Shown here: in pieces, positions 1-7,842 of the stretch | Numbering within the stretch: the first letter of the stretch is position 1 | Layout: each line of letters opens with the position of its first letter | Source of the DNA: Elusimicrobiota bacterium | GTDB lineage: Bacteria > CG03 > SLGR01 > JAGXOG01 | Length of the DNA stretch: 18,485 nt | Direction: 5' to 3' | NCBI GenBank assembly: GCA_051745145.1 | Contig: JBNJDT010000028.1 | Location: 1 to 18,485 of the forward strand | Notes under the pieces: generated by a model | The model's input: only the letters and a program-made list of their open reading frames with translations | What the model was told of the DNA's origin: nothing | Database searches by the model: none | Position numbers and translations under genes: made by a program

Positions 1-2703
1 TTAACGAATATACTCTTTTTCGCGGCGGGCACGGGAAAGATTCCTCATAAAAGCTTTTTCTCCCGGATTTATTGATAATGCTTTTTCATAGATTTCAAGC
101 GCTTTTTCAAGCCTCTTTTTTCTTTCACTGGCCACTCCCATATTATTTAGAGCATATGAATTATTAGGATTAAACTGTAGAGCTTTTTCCCACTTTTCCT
201 CCGCTTCAAACCAGAGCCCCTGCTTGGCATATTTTACTCCCAATTTTGTCAGCTCATCATCCCCCTTATGTAAAATTCTAAGTCCCCCTATTCTTCCCGG
301 AGATATTGAATAACTGAAAGTTTGAGCCAAATTGCCGGTGAGCTCATCGAGAATTCGTTCGTCAGCCGGCATTTTAAGAGCCTGATTGGTTGTTGTCGCT
401 ATATATATAATTGATTTACTGTTATTCTGGGATTTAATTATTTCGCCGGATTTGGCATCTACCATTCTTATATTTCCACTGACATATCCTTTTTTAGCAA
501 CTTTGTCTTGAGAAACAAGAACTTCTTTTGTGGTCTCTTCTTTACTTGAAGCAGTTGAAGAACTCAACTCTTTTGCAGTCATTTTTTCGTCTTCAGAGTC
601 ATCTTTAGCTTTTTGTTCATCGGAGAGTTCTTCTTTGGAACGTCTTAATTTTTCAATCTCCTCTTCTTTTTCATTTAAAATTTTGGTATATGTATCCTCT
701 ATCCGGTCCGTTTCAGAAGTTATCTGCTCTATTTTTTCCGCTAAATCCGTTGACTCACTATCTATATTTTCCTGATATTCCTGTTTTTCATTTTTTTTCT
801 TTTCTATGAGCTGTTTTAAATTCTCAATCTGTTTTTCAACTTCATCTATATCTTTAGTATATCTGTTCTCTATTTCAGCTATTTTTTCTTCCGTTTTGGC
901 AATCTGCTTATCTTTATTTTTTTGAATTTCTTCTTCATTCTTTTCTATCTTTTCAGACTGTTTTTCTTTTTGCCGTAAATTTTTGGCATATTCTTTTTCT
1001 AACTTTGACTTTTCTTCTAATGCCAGTTCTATTTTTTCTTCCAGATCGGTGATATCTTGTTCCAGTTTCTCCTGTTTTTTTGGCCCTTCACTTTTTTGGG
1101 TCTTTGCGGTCTGTTTTAACTTTTCAAGCTGTTTTTCTTTCTTATTTAAATTTTCAGAGTGCTTTTCCTTTAACCGGCTCTTTTGGTCAGTGGTATTCTT
1201 AAGCTCTTTATCTATTTTAGCTATCCGCTCCTCTATATTTTTCTCTTTTTTCTGCTTCTCTTTCTCCTTCTTTTTTCTGGATTCCTTTAATTTCTCAAGT
1301 TGTTTCTCTTTTTTGCTTAAATCCGTATCGTATTTTTCTTTCAGGTCCTTCTTTTCTTTAGTAATCTCTTTTATTTTTTTATTCAACCCGGCAACTGCTT
1401 TATCAGGTTTTTTCTTGTTTTTAGGTTTATCGGATTTTTTACTGTTTTTTTCTTTCTTTAACTTTTCTAGCTGTTTGTCCTTCTTATTTTTTTCTTCAGT
1501 ATATTTATCTTTTATTTGGGATTTTTCAGCGTTAATCTTTTCCTGCTCGTTCTCTATTTTGGTTAGCTGTTTACCGGCTTTCTTTTGAACCGTCTGTTTT
1601 TCTGACTTTTTATCTTTACGCCGCTGTTTTAAATTTTCAATCTGCCGGTCCATTTTACTTAAATTTTCAGTATATTTACTTTTTAACTGTTCTTTCTCTT
1701 TTTCTATCCGGTTTAATTTTTGTTCCACATTAGAATTTTTTTGGGCCATATCTTCTTTAATTTTCTTTTTTTCTTCCTGTTTCTTTTCTTTGGCCTGTCT
1801 TAACTTTTCAATATTCTCTTCTATTTTACTTAAATCTTTAGTATATCTATCTTTTTCCTTAGAAATTTCAGGTGATTTACTACCTTTATTCGTCGTATTT
1901 TTTTCTTTTCCGGAATTTTTCTTATTTTTTCTTTTCTTTTTCAACATCTTAAGCTGCTTCTCTTTTTGGGCCAGCTTTTTGACGTAATTTTTTTCCAGCC
2001 GGTCTTTTTCTTTTAAATTCTTATCTAATTTTTTTTCCAGCTTGGCAATTTCTTTTTCTAATCTTTTTAGATTTTTCTGTTTATCTCCACTTCTAGTTTT
2101 TCTATTTTTCCTTATTGTTTTAAGTTGTTCCTCCTTGTTATTCAAAAGCTGGGAATACTCTTTTTCTATCTGTTTTTTTTCAGCTATATTTTCCTCTAAT
2201 TTTTTATCAATATCGTCACTTTCACTGCCTGATTTTTTCGCCTCATCCTCTTTCCGGCCGGATTCTGTTTCCTCTTTTACTACAATTTTGCGGTTTGACG
2301 CTTGCTGGGAGGCAACGGTCTTTTCTTTAAGCTGTTCTTTGATATAACCTTCGTCCTCATACTGTTCAACGTCATAGGAATCAATATCAGTAAATATTAT
2401 GGCATCTATTCCCAGAAGCTGACCGGTGGAAAGAACCGAATCTTTATCCCCTTCTTTTAATGAACTGTATTTTTTCTCATCCACAAGATCCTGAATTCTT
2501 TCTCTTTCAATTACTTTGTAATACCCTTTATTGGTTATGTCGGTAACCATTTTAGAGACAAGTTTATCTTCCGCCCGGTCCGCTCCGGAGGATGTTGAAT
2601 CGTCAAGTACCGCTACTTTCCTGTAATTATGTATCCTCACTCCCGTAGTAGAGCACCCTGCCAGAATTAAAAGTGATATTACCGGAATTATTTTTTTTAA
2701 CAT
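1..2703 (-). CDS. Lipoprotein: CsgG/HfaB-like domain split by a long repetitive coiled coil, C-terminal TPRs (900 aa)
   Basis: Start moved to ATG at 2703 (SD AAGGAG upstream, then MLKKIIPVISLLILAGC with lipobox LAGC). CsgG-like motifs KVAVLD, VIERERIQDLVDE, GQLLGIDAII and, after the K/E-rich insert, IRMVDAKSGEII. TPR motifs LGVKYAKQG..EAEEKWEKALQFNPNNSYALNNMG. TAA at 3..1. Confidence 0.8.
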   Translation of the reverse strand: MLKKIIPVISLLILAGCSTTGVRIHNYRKVAVLDDSTSSGADRAEDKLVSKMVTDITNKGYYKVIERERIQDLVDEKKYSSLKEGDKDSVLSTGQLLGIDAIIFTDIDSYDVEQYEDEGYIKEQLKEKTVASQQASNRKIVVKEETESGRKEDEAKKSGSESDDIDKKLEENIAEKKQIEKEYSQLLNNKEEQLKTIRKNRKTRSGDKQKNLKRLEKEIAKLEKKLDKNLKEKDRLEKNYVKKLAQKEKQLKMLKKKRKNKKNSGKEKNTTNKGSKSPEISKEKDRYTKDLSKIEENIEKLRQAKEKKQEEKKKIKEDMAQKNSNVEQKLNRIEKEKEQLKSKYTENLSKMDRQIENLKQRRKDKKSEKQTVQKKAGKQLTKIENEQEKINAEKSQIKDKYTEEKNKKDKQLEKLKKEKNSKKSDKPKNKKKPDKAVAGLNKKIKEITKEKKDLKEKYDTDLSKKEKQLEKLKESRKKKEKEKQKKEKNIEERIAKIDKELKNTTDQKSRLKEKHSENLNKKEKQLEKLKQTAKTQKSEGPKKQEKLEQDITDLEEKIELALEEKSKLEKEYAKNLRQKEKQSEKIEKNEEEIQKNKDKQIAKTEEKIAEIENRYTKDIDEVEKQIENLKQLIEKKKNEKQEYQENIDSESTDLAEKIEQITSETDRIEDTYTKILNEKEEEIEKLRRSKEELSDEQKAKDDSEDEKMTAKELSSSTASSKEETTKEVLVSQDKVAKKGYVSGNIRMVDAKSGEIIKSQNNSKSIIYIATTTNQALKMPADERILDELTGNLAQTFSYSISPGRIGGLRILHKGDDELTKLGVKYAKQGLWFEAEEKWEKALQFNPNNSYALNNMGVASERKKRLEKALEIYEKALSINPGEKAFMRNLSRARREKEYIR
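640..2180 (-). repeat. Ten degenerate intragenic 57-aa (171-nt) coiled-coil repeats
   Basis: Motif EKxxL/IxxxY(T)xxLxxKEKQL/IEKLK recurs; anchor Tyr/His spacings counted by hand are 57,47,57,57,57,57,57,43,57 aa between codons 2157 and 690 (1467 nt = 489 aa, matching the sum). Confidence 0.85.
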
Positions 2704-2810
2704 CTGTGAATTTCTCCTTATTTTTTTATACATTTATACTGAATTTGTTTCATTTATATATTAAATATACATTTTTTCTTCTTAATTTTAAAGTACTTTT
2801 ACAAATCTGT

Positions 2811-4541
2811 TTAATCTGTATCTAATTTTGGTTTAATAGTCCACCGTCCGGAAGATATCTGTTTATTGCAATCAAATTGAAAATCAGAGTTATCAACTAT
2901 CAAAACCGCTTTGCCATCTTCTATTTTTATTTTTACATTTTCAACTTCGTCTTTCTTTTCAATAACATTGGCCGCCATTATGCATTTTTCCAGGCCGTCG
3001 CCGCGGCTGTAATTAAATACTTCATCGGGCTGGGCCAGACGGCGGGAAGACGAATAAATAGATTCTGAATCATATTCTTCCACTTTTGATATAATATCTC
3101 TTATATTTTTTTCTTTCAGGGCTTTTACACAAACGGGGTTTCTGCAGACGGCGGCCTTTAAAAATACAATAGGTTCGGTGCGGGATATATCCCTGTAAGC
3201 GTAAAAAGCCAATCCGGCGGTCCGGTTGACATTGGATAACTCTTCCAGCCGGTTTACCATCTCCTTTCTGGACATATCCGGTTTTAAATCTATCCCATCA
3301 TTTTGCCTGATAAATTTCTTATCCGGTTTATCCGGAAATCTGGGCTCGGTTATACAAAAACTCCTTAATTCCTTAATAAGTTTATGAGCGTTTACACAGT
3401 CCTGTGAAAAAATTTCTTTGAGCCGGTCCAGTTCTTGTTCATCGCCAAGATCTATCTCTTTATCCTCTACATAATCTTCAAGGTCATTCAAAACTATTCT
3501 GTCCGGAAGTTTGGACCGGTGAAACTCTTCTATATCTATATCTTCTAAAAGATGCTCCCGGGTCTTGTGAGTAAAAAAATACGGTGTCTTTTCTTCGTAG
3601 TGAAAAATTTCTTCAAGAGCTATATAATAATCTTTCCCACGAATTTTGTACCTGTACTGTATGCATTCGTGAATATCTGTCTTACCCCGCAAAAAATTAC
3701 CCAGTATCTTTTTATTGAGCGGGGCCCGAAGATAAGAATTCAGATTTTCCTTAAATTTTTCATACTGCTCTTTATCTATTGTAGCCTCCGGATAGTAAGT
3801 ATGAATATATCCTGAATTAGAAAAAACCATGGTGACCTGTTCATTCTCCAGGGCTCTTCTTGCCTTCATGGACAGGGGGGTACCGTTAAACCACTTGCTT
3901 TTTGTTATAATCCTCCGGTTATTGGTAAGCGCCCCATCACCCGTATTTATGAAATTCTGGGAGTGTAAGGGTGTGGCCATGAGAAAAATCTTTTCTAAGG
4001 GTATCTCCAGCACCACAAACATGGCCGCGGCGTAAAGCACCGACAAAGAAACGCATTCTCCGGCGCCGGTCCTATAATCTTCCTTATATTTAAAGGCATT
4101 CATAGCCTCGAGAGTCTCTGTCTTCCAGTAGGGAATTACATCGTCGTTGTACTTATCCAGCCCGAAATGGCGCCGTATATCTATATCAAAATAATACTTG
4201 TCGCCTTCGTAGCCGAACAAAGCGTTGGTCTTTTCAATTTCTTCGGGACTGATAAATTCTTTAAATCTTTCCAGTTCCCTGTCCTTGTCGGTCAACCCCC
4301 AGGTATTTAAATCCAGGTTGAATACATAATTATCCATTATGTACTGTTTTAATCTTTTAAGTTTGCCCGTATCCGTTTTCCGGTGTATTCCCTCAAACCA
4401 GAGATCGTCTTTCCACTCCCACAATTTTGGAGACATAATATTTGCCAGAACCAGTGAATACAGAAGTTCGGGAAATATAAATATCTCCATATCCGAAAGG
4501 GTTATGGCCGAAGATTTTAGTTCAAGTTCTTTTTTATCCAT
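2811..4541 (-). CDS. Hypothetical protein with putative transglutaminase/papain-like Cys-His core (576 aa)
   Basis: Long ORF with normal composition; GAGECVSLSVLYAAA followed by ATPLHSQNF and LTNNRR; second degenerate motif QPDEVFNYSRGDGLEKC near the C-terminus. The ORF is secure, the function is inferred. Confidence 0.6.
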   Translation of the reverse strand: MDKKELELKSSAITLSDMEIFIFPELLYSLVLANIMSPKLWEWKDDLWFEGIHRKTDTGKLKRLKQYIMDNYVFNLDLNTWGLTDKDRELERFKEFISPEEIEKTNALFGYEGDKYYFDIDIRRHFGLDKYNDDVIPYWKTETLEAMNAFKYKEDYRTGAGECVSLSVLYAAAMFVVLEIPLEKIFLMATPLHSQNFINTGDGALTNNRRIITKSKWFNGTPLSMKARRALENEQVTMVFSNSGYIHTYYPEATIDKEQYEKFKENLNSYLRAPLNKKILGNFLRGKTDIHECIQYRYKIRGKDYYIALEEIFHYEEKTPYFFTHKTREHLLEDIDIEEFHRSKLPDRIVLNDLEDYVEDKEIDLGDEQELDRLKEIFSQDCVNAHKLIKELRSFCITEPRFPDKPDKKFIRQNDGIDLKPDMSRKEMVNRLEELSNVNRTAGLAFYAYRDISRTEPIVFLKAAVCRNPVCVKALKEKNIRDIISKVEEYDSESIYSSSRRLAQPDEVFNYSRGDGLEKCIMAANVIEKKDEVENVKIKIEDGKAVLIVDNSDFQFDCNKQISSGRWTIKPKLDTD

Positions 4542-4723
4542 TTTTTATTTTTTATTTATCCTCCGCACTACTCTGTAAACATAATTTAAATAATATCATA
4601 CTAAAATTTGTATTCAAATAAAAACCGGCCCAAATATTTGTAAATTACGTAAAATATTTTATATTATTTAAAAGAGAATTTTTGAATACACCAGTAAAAT
4701 TTATAAATTAGGAGGTCTAAGAA

Positions 4724-5842
4724 ATGGGCGTAAAATTACAGCAGGTAACTGAACTAATAGAAAAAATGGCTTCCCCAAACCTGGCCGCGGGCTGGGATAA
4801 TGTCGGGCTGCAGGTCGGAGGATACAATCAGCCGGTTGAAAAAGTTCTGGTCACTCTGGATATAAACCAAGACGTCTTAGATAAAGCAATAGATATAAAA
4901 GCGGATTTAATCATATCCCACCACCCTTTTATATTCAACGGCCTTAAATCCATTACCTACGATACTCCCAAAGGGCAAATCATAAAAAAAGCAATAAAAA
5001 ATGAGATCGCCCTCTATGCGGCCCATACAAATTACGATATAGCTCCCGGGGGGTTAAATGATGTTTTGGCCGAAAAACTGGGAATAAAAGATACTAGTAT
5101 CCTGAATATCACCGAGCACAAAAATTTAAAAAAGCTGGTTGTATTTGTCCCCGAAAAATCGCTTGATGACCTCCGGGATGCCTTAGGCAGTGCCCGGGCG
5201 GGATGGATAGGGAATTACAGCCACTGTTCTTTCTATCAGAAAGGCACGGGCACATTTAAGCCATTACAGGGCACAAATCCCCATATGGGTACTCCGGGCA
5301 AAGTTAACAGGGTAAAAGAATACAGGCTGGAAACCATAGTCCGGGAAAAAGATCTAAGCAAAGTTATAAAGAAAATGCTAAACGCTCACCCTTACGAAGA
5401 AGTGGCCTATGATATATATCCGGTGGAAAACCGGGGCAAAACTTTAGGGCTGGGCAGAATCGGAAAATTGGAAAAAGAAACCACATTAGAAAAATATACT
5501 AAAAAAGTTAAGAAAGCCCTGAAACTTAAAAATGTTAAAGTAATAGGCGACCCTGAAAATAAAATTAAAAAGGTGGCCCTATGTGCGGGAAGCGGCAACG
5601 ATTTTATAAAAAGCGCCACAGCCAGAGGAGCGGATCTTTTCATAACCGGCGAAATAAAATACCACGACGGCCAAAACGCCAAAGAGAGAGGTCTTAATAT
5701 TATCGATGCCGGACATTACGGCACCGAAAAAATTATGCAAAAAGCTTTAACAGACTATCTAAAAGAACAGATAAAAGAAAATAATCTGGATGTCCGGATA
5801 GTTAAGAACAAAATTAATACCAACCCCTTCCGGGTTTTATAA
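4724..5842 (+). CDS. Nif3-like dinuclear metal centre protein (YqfO/YbgI, GTP cyclohydrolase 1 type 2 homolog) with PII-like insertion
   Basis: WDNVGLQVG, IISHHP, AAHTNYD, KLVVFVP..AG.IGNYSHCSF..GTGTF, HPYEEVAYD, DAGHYGTE; SD AGGAGG at 4710-4715. Confidence 0.95.
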   Translation: MGVKLQQVTELIEKMASPNLAAGWDNVGLQVGGYNQPVEKVLVTLDINQDVLDKAIDIKADLIISHHPFIFNGLKSITYDTPKGQIIKKAIKNEIALYAAHTNYDIAPGGLNDVLAEKLGIKDTSILNITEHKNLKKLVVFVPEKSLDDLRDALGSARAGWIGNYSHCSFYQKGTGTFKPLQGTNPHMGTPGKVNRVKEYRLETIVREKDLSKVIKKMLNAHPYEEVAYDIYPVENRGKTLGLGRIGKLEKETTLEKYTKKVKKALKLKNVKVIGDPENKIKKVALCAGSGNDFIKSATARGADLFITGEIKYHDGQNAKERGLNIIDAGHYGTEKIMQKALTDYLKEQIKENNLDVRIVKNKINTNPFRVL

Positions 5843-5946
5843 TTTAAATTAGTTCTTACTTTATTATTTCCGGACTAATATCTTGTATTCTATCTATTAT
5901 TTTACCGTTGTAACTCCATCAAATAAAATATACTTTGTTTATTTCA

Positions 5947-6366
5947 CTACGCTCTTTTTACTAAATGGTTATTTAAAAATTTTTTTATTGCGTTAACAGT
6001 TTCCTCTTTGTAATCCGATGGACTGTCAGCTACCCACATTGTAAAATGATAAAATTCCTGAACATCCGCTTTAAGCCATTTTTTATTTTTATACAGTAAA
6101 ACAAGAGTAGAGGTCATCGCTATTCGCTTATTGCCATTTTTAAAAGGATGATTTTTCACCATAAGATAAAACATGATTGAGGTTTTATTTATAAGCCCCG
6201 GGTAAAGATCTTTACTGGAATAACTTTGAAACGGTACGGCAATACAGCTTTCTAAAATATTAGGATATCTTGTAGAAAAATCCGGGATCGGTTCGTCATA
6301 CTTCAGTAATTTTGAAGCCAGAGAATGGGAAATATGCTTTATTTCTTTTAAAGTTATCTTTTTCAC
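5947..6366 (-). CDS. Death-on-curing (Doc/Fic family) toxin
   Basis: Doc-type motif NHPFKNGNKR; LES...PFQ......LYP.L..K segment typical of Doc; 139 aa; GTG start. Confidence 0.9.
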   Translation of the reverse strand: MKKITLKEIKHISHSLASKLLKYDEPIPDFSTRYPNILESCIAVPFQSYSSKDLYPGLINKTSIMFYLMVKNHPFKNGNKRIAMTSTLVLLYKNKKWLKADVQEFYHFTMWVADSPSDYKEETVNAIKKFLNNHLVKRA

Positions 6367-6406
6367 TAGTATTTATGACAATACTGGGATACCTTACCAG
6401 GTATAA

Positions 6407-6661
6407 TTATTCTTTTCCCAGTAACTTAAGTACTTCTCCATACTCCTCAACCGTTTTTTCTACAGCTTTGTCAAGCTCTTTTTTATCTTTATCACTGAGT
6501 TTATCCCCTAAAACTTCATCAAACGGGATCGCATAATTTTTGCCTATTTTAATTGCATTTATCTCCCCCTTTTTGATTTTTTTATATACGGCTACCCTGG
6601 AAATGCCCAGAATCTCCCCCAACTCTGTCGTGGTTAAAAATTTTTTATCTTTTTTACTCAT
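6407..6661 (-). CDS. Excisionase-like helix-turn-helix protein, probable antitoxin/autorepressor of the Doc toxin
   Basis: FLTTTELGEILGISRVAVYKKIKKGEINAIKIG (HTH_17-type); C-terminal helix VEEYGEVLKLLGKE; directly upstream of doc; SD GGAG. Confidence 0.8.
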   Translation of the reverse strand: MSKKDKKFLTTTELGEILGISRVAVYKKIKKGEINAIKIGKNYAIPFDEVLGDKLSDKDKKELDKAVEKTVEEYGEVLKLLGKE

Positions 6662-6672
6662 TTTTTTCTCCC

Positions 6673-6763
6673 GTTAACCTAACTTCAATAACTTAACTTT
6701 CGTTAACCAAATAGTTAATAGTTAACTTACGTTAATTCTAATATATTTTTTAAGTTTTTTCAA
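6673..6763 (-). promoter_or_regulatory. sigma70 promoter of the HTH-doc operon with a clustered GTTAAC operator candidate
   Basis: TTGAAA (6763..6758)-17 nt-TAGAAT (6740..6735). GTTAAC at 6673, 6702 and 6721; near copies CTTAAC at 6692 and GTTAAT at 6714 and 6731. Confidence 0.6.
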
Positions 6764-6922
6764 TTAAAAATTTAATCCCGTAGTTAATTTTATAATAGCT
6801 AATATAATTTATCTTCTCGGGCACATCCAAAAATAAAAAGAATTAATCCTGTTAACACTAATTGAACAATAGTTTTTTTTTATTTTAATATCCTTTTTTC
6901 TCTTCCTTCTACTAAAGAAGCT

Positions 6923-6959
6923 ACCTATTTACTGAGCATGAACAACCGTCCCCTTTTTA
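6923..6959. repeat. 37-bp direct repeat, copy 1 (REP-like AACCGTCCCC core)
   Basis: acctatttactgagcatgaacaaccgtccccttttta; 31/37 ungapped identity to 7788-7824. Confidence 0.75.
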
Positions 6960-6965
6960 TCGAAT

Positions 6966-7604
6966 TTAGGGGTTAAAATGTATATCTAGTTTTTCCTTAG
7001 TGTAAGGATATTCTTCGGGAGCACCGTCATATTTCCAGGTGTTATTTGTTTTTAAAAAGTAATCTCCCGCAGAAACCTTGTAAGTAATTCCTTCATATGA
7101 ATACCATGCGGTAAAAATTATTTCAATTCGATTTTTGTTTATTTTTTTTAATTTTTCAAATGCTAAAAAATAATAAAAATAAATTTCGTTATATTTAGAA
7201 GCGATCTCTTTGTACTCTTGTGCATTAGTCACTTCTGGATAACGTTCTTTTAAATATCTTTCGCTTAACAATTCATAGATTTTTGTATAATTTGTTCTCG
7301 AAGCTCTGTGGTTTGTATTATAATTTATCCATTTTGTTAGAGTTTGTTTTAGGGCTGGGTTTTTGGAAATAAATGAATATGCTTTTTGTTCAATATAAAT
7401 ATCCATATCGTCTGCATATACATATTTTACCAATTCCTCATTTTTATCTTGTTTGAAAATCTGAGCACTATTTTCTCCCTGCTCAGAAACCGGTTCTTCA
7501 ACTTTTTCCCGATTTGTAGTTTCACTTCTTCGTCCGGCTCCAAAACATACTGATCCTGTTAGTAAAATTAATGAACCAAATAAAATTATTTTATTTAACT
7601 TCAT
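6966..7604 (-). CDS. Exported hypothetical protein, possibly NTF2/SnoaL-like fold (212 aa)
   Basis: Start moved to ATG at 7604 (SD GGAG, then MKLNKIILFGSLILLTGSVCFG signal-peptide-like). IYELLSERY and FLKTNNTWKYD resemble NTF2-like motifs (weak). Confidence 0.65.
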   Translation of the reverse strand: MKLNKIILFGSLILLTGSVCFGAGRRSETTNREKVEEPVSEQGENSAQIFKQDKNEELVKYVYADDMDIYIEQKAYSFISKNPALKQTLTKWINYNTNHRASRTNYTKIYELLSERYLKERYPEVTNAQEYKEIASKYNEIYFYYFLAFEKLKKINKNRIEIIFTAWYSYEGITYKVSAGDYFLKTNNTWKYDGAPEEYPYTKEKLDIHFNP

Positions 7605-7624
7605 TTTTTTATCTCCCATAACAT

Positions 7625-7652
7625 AAAAAAAACCGCCCCTTCTACAGGTCGG
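7625..7652 (-). terminator. Possible intrinsic terminator just upstream of the exported-protein gene
   Basis: Minus strand ccgacctgtagaaggggcgg followed by 8 T; imperfect stem with one mismatch and one G-U pair. Confidence 0.35.
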
Positions 7653-7733
7653 AAATATGCTTATCTTTCTATTCCTGAATTAAAATTCACATCATCAGTA
7701 TTTAATATTAATATTTTGTTAATAATAACTCCT

Positions 7734-7749
7734 TCCGGCTTTTGCCGGA
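7734..7749. terminator. GC-rich hairpin downstream of the nucleotidyltransferase gene
   Basis: tccggc-tttt-gccgga, perfect 6-bp stem, but no immediate U-tract on the minus strand. Confidence 0.35.
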
Positions 7750-7787
7750 GATCCGTTTACTTTTTTATTACAAACCCAAAAAAAATC

Positions 7788-7824
7788 ACCTATTTTTTGA
7801 GCATGAAAAACCGTTTACTTTTTA
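7788..7824. repeat. 37-bp direct repeat, copy 2 (degenerate)
   Basis: acctattttttgagcatgaaaaaccgtttacttttta; its 3' part ccgtttacttttt is also duplicated at 7753-7765. Confidence 0.75.
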
Positions 7825-7842
7825 CTTTATTCTACCGCAAAA

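Noticed and set aside
530..2347. Plus-strand Phe/Ser-rich ORFs (530-775, 983-1588, 1790-1987, 2042-2347) that look like membrane proteins
   Set aside because: Antisense shadows of the Lys/Glu-rich coiled-coil gene; no SD or family motifs.
5100..5430. PII-like insertion in the Nif3 protein as a novelty
   Set aside because: Known feature of long YqfO-type Nif3 proteins.
6407..6661. Prophage or ICE excisionase
   Set aside because: No integrase, att-associated tRNA or phage genes nearby; its position before doc and its C-terminal helix fit an antitoxin better.
7620..7760. Possible fluoride riboswitch (CTGATGA on the minus strand, terminator downstream)
   Set aside because: The upstream GATGRRGTY-type consensus and pairing are missing, and the downstream gene is not a fluoride-related family.
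6923..7824. CRISPR array or integron attC interpretation of the 37-bp repeats
   Set aside because: Only two copies, 865 bp apart; no cas or intI gene; no attC R''/R' boxes or long dyad symmetry.
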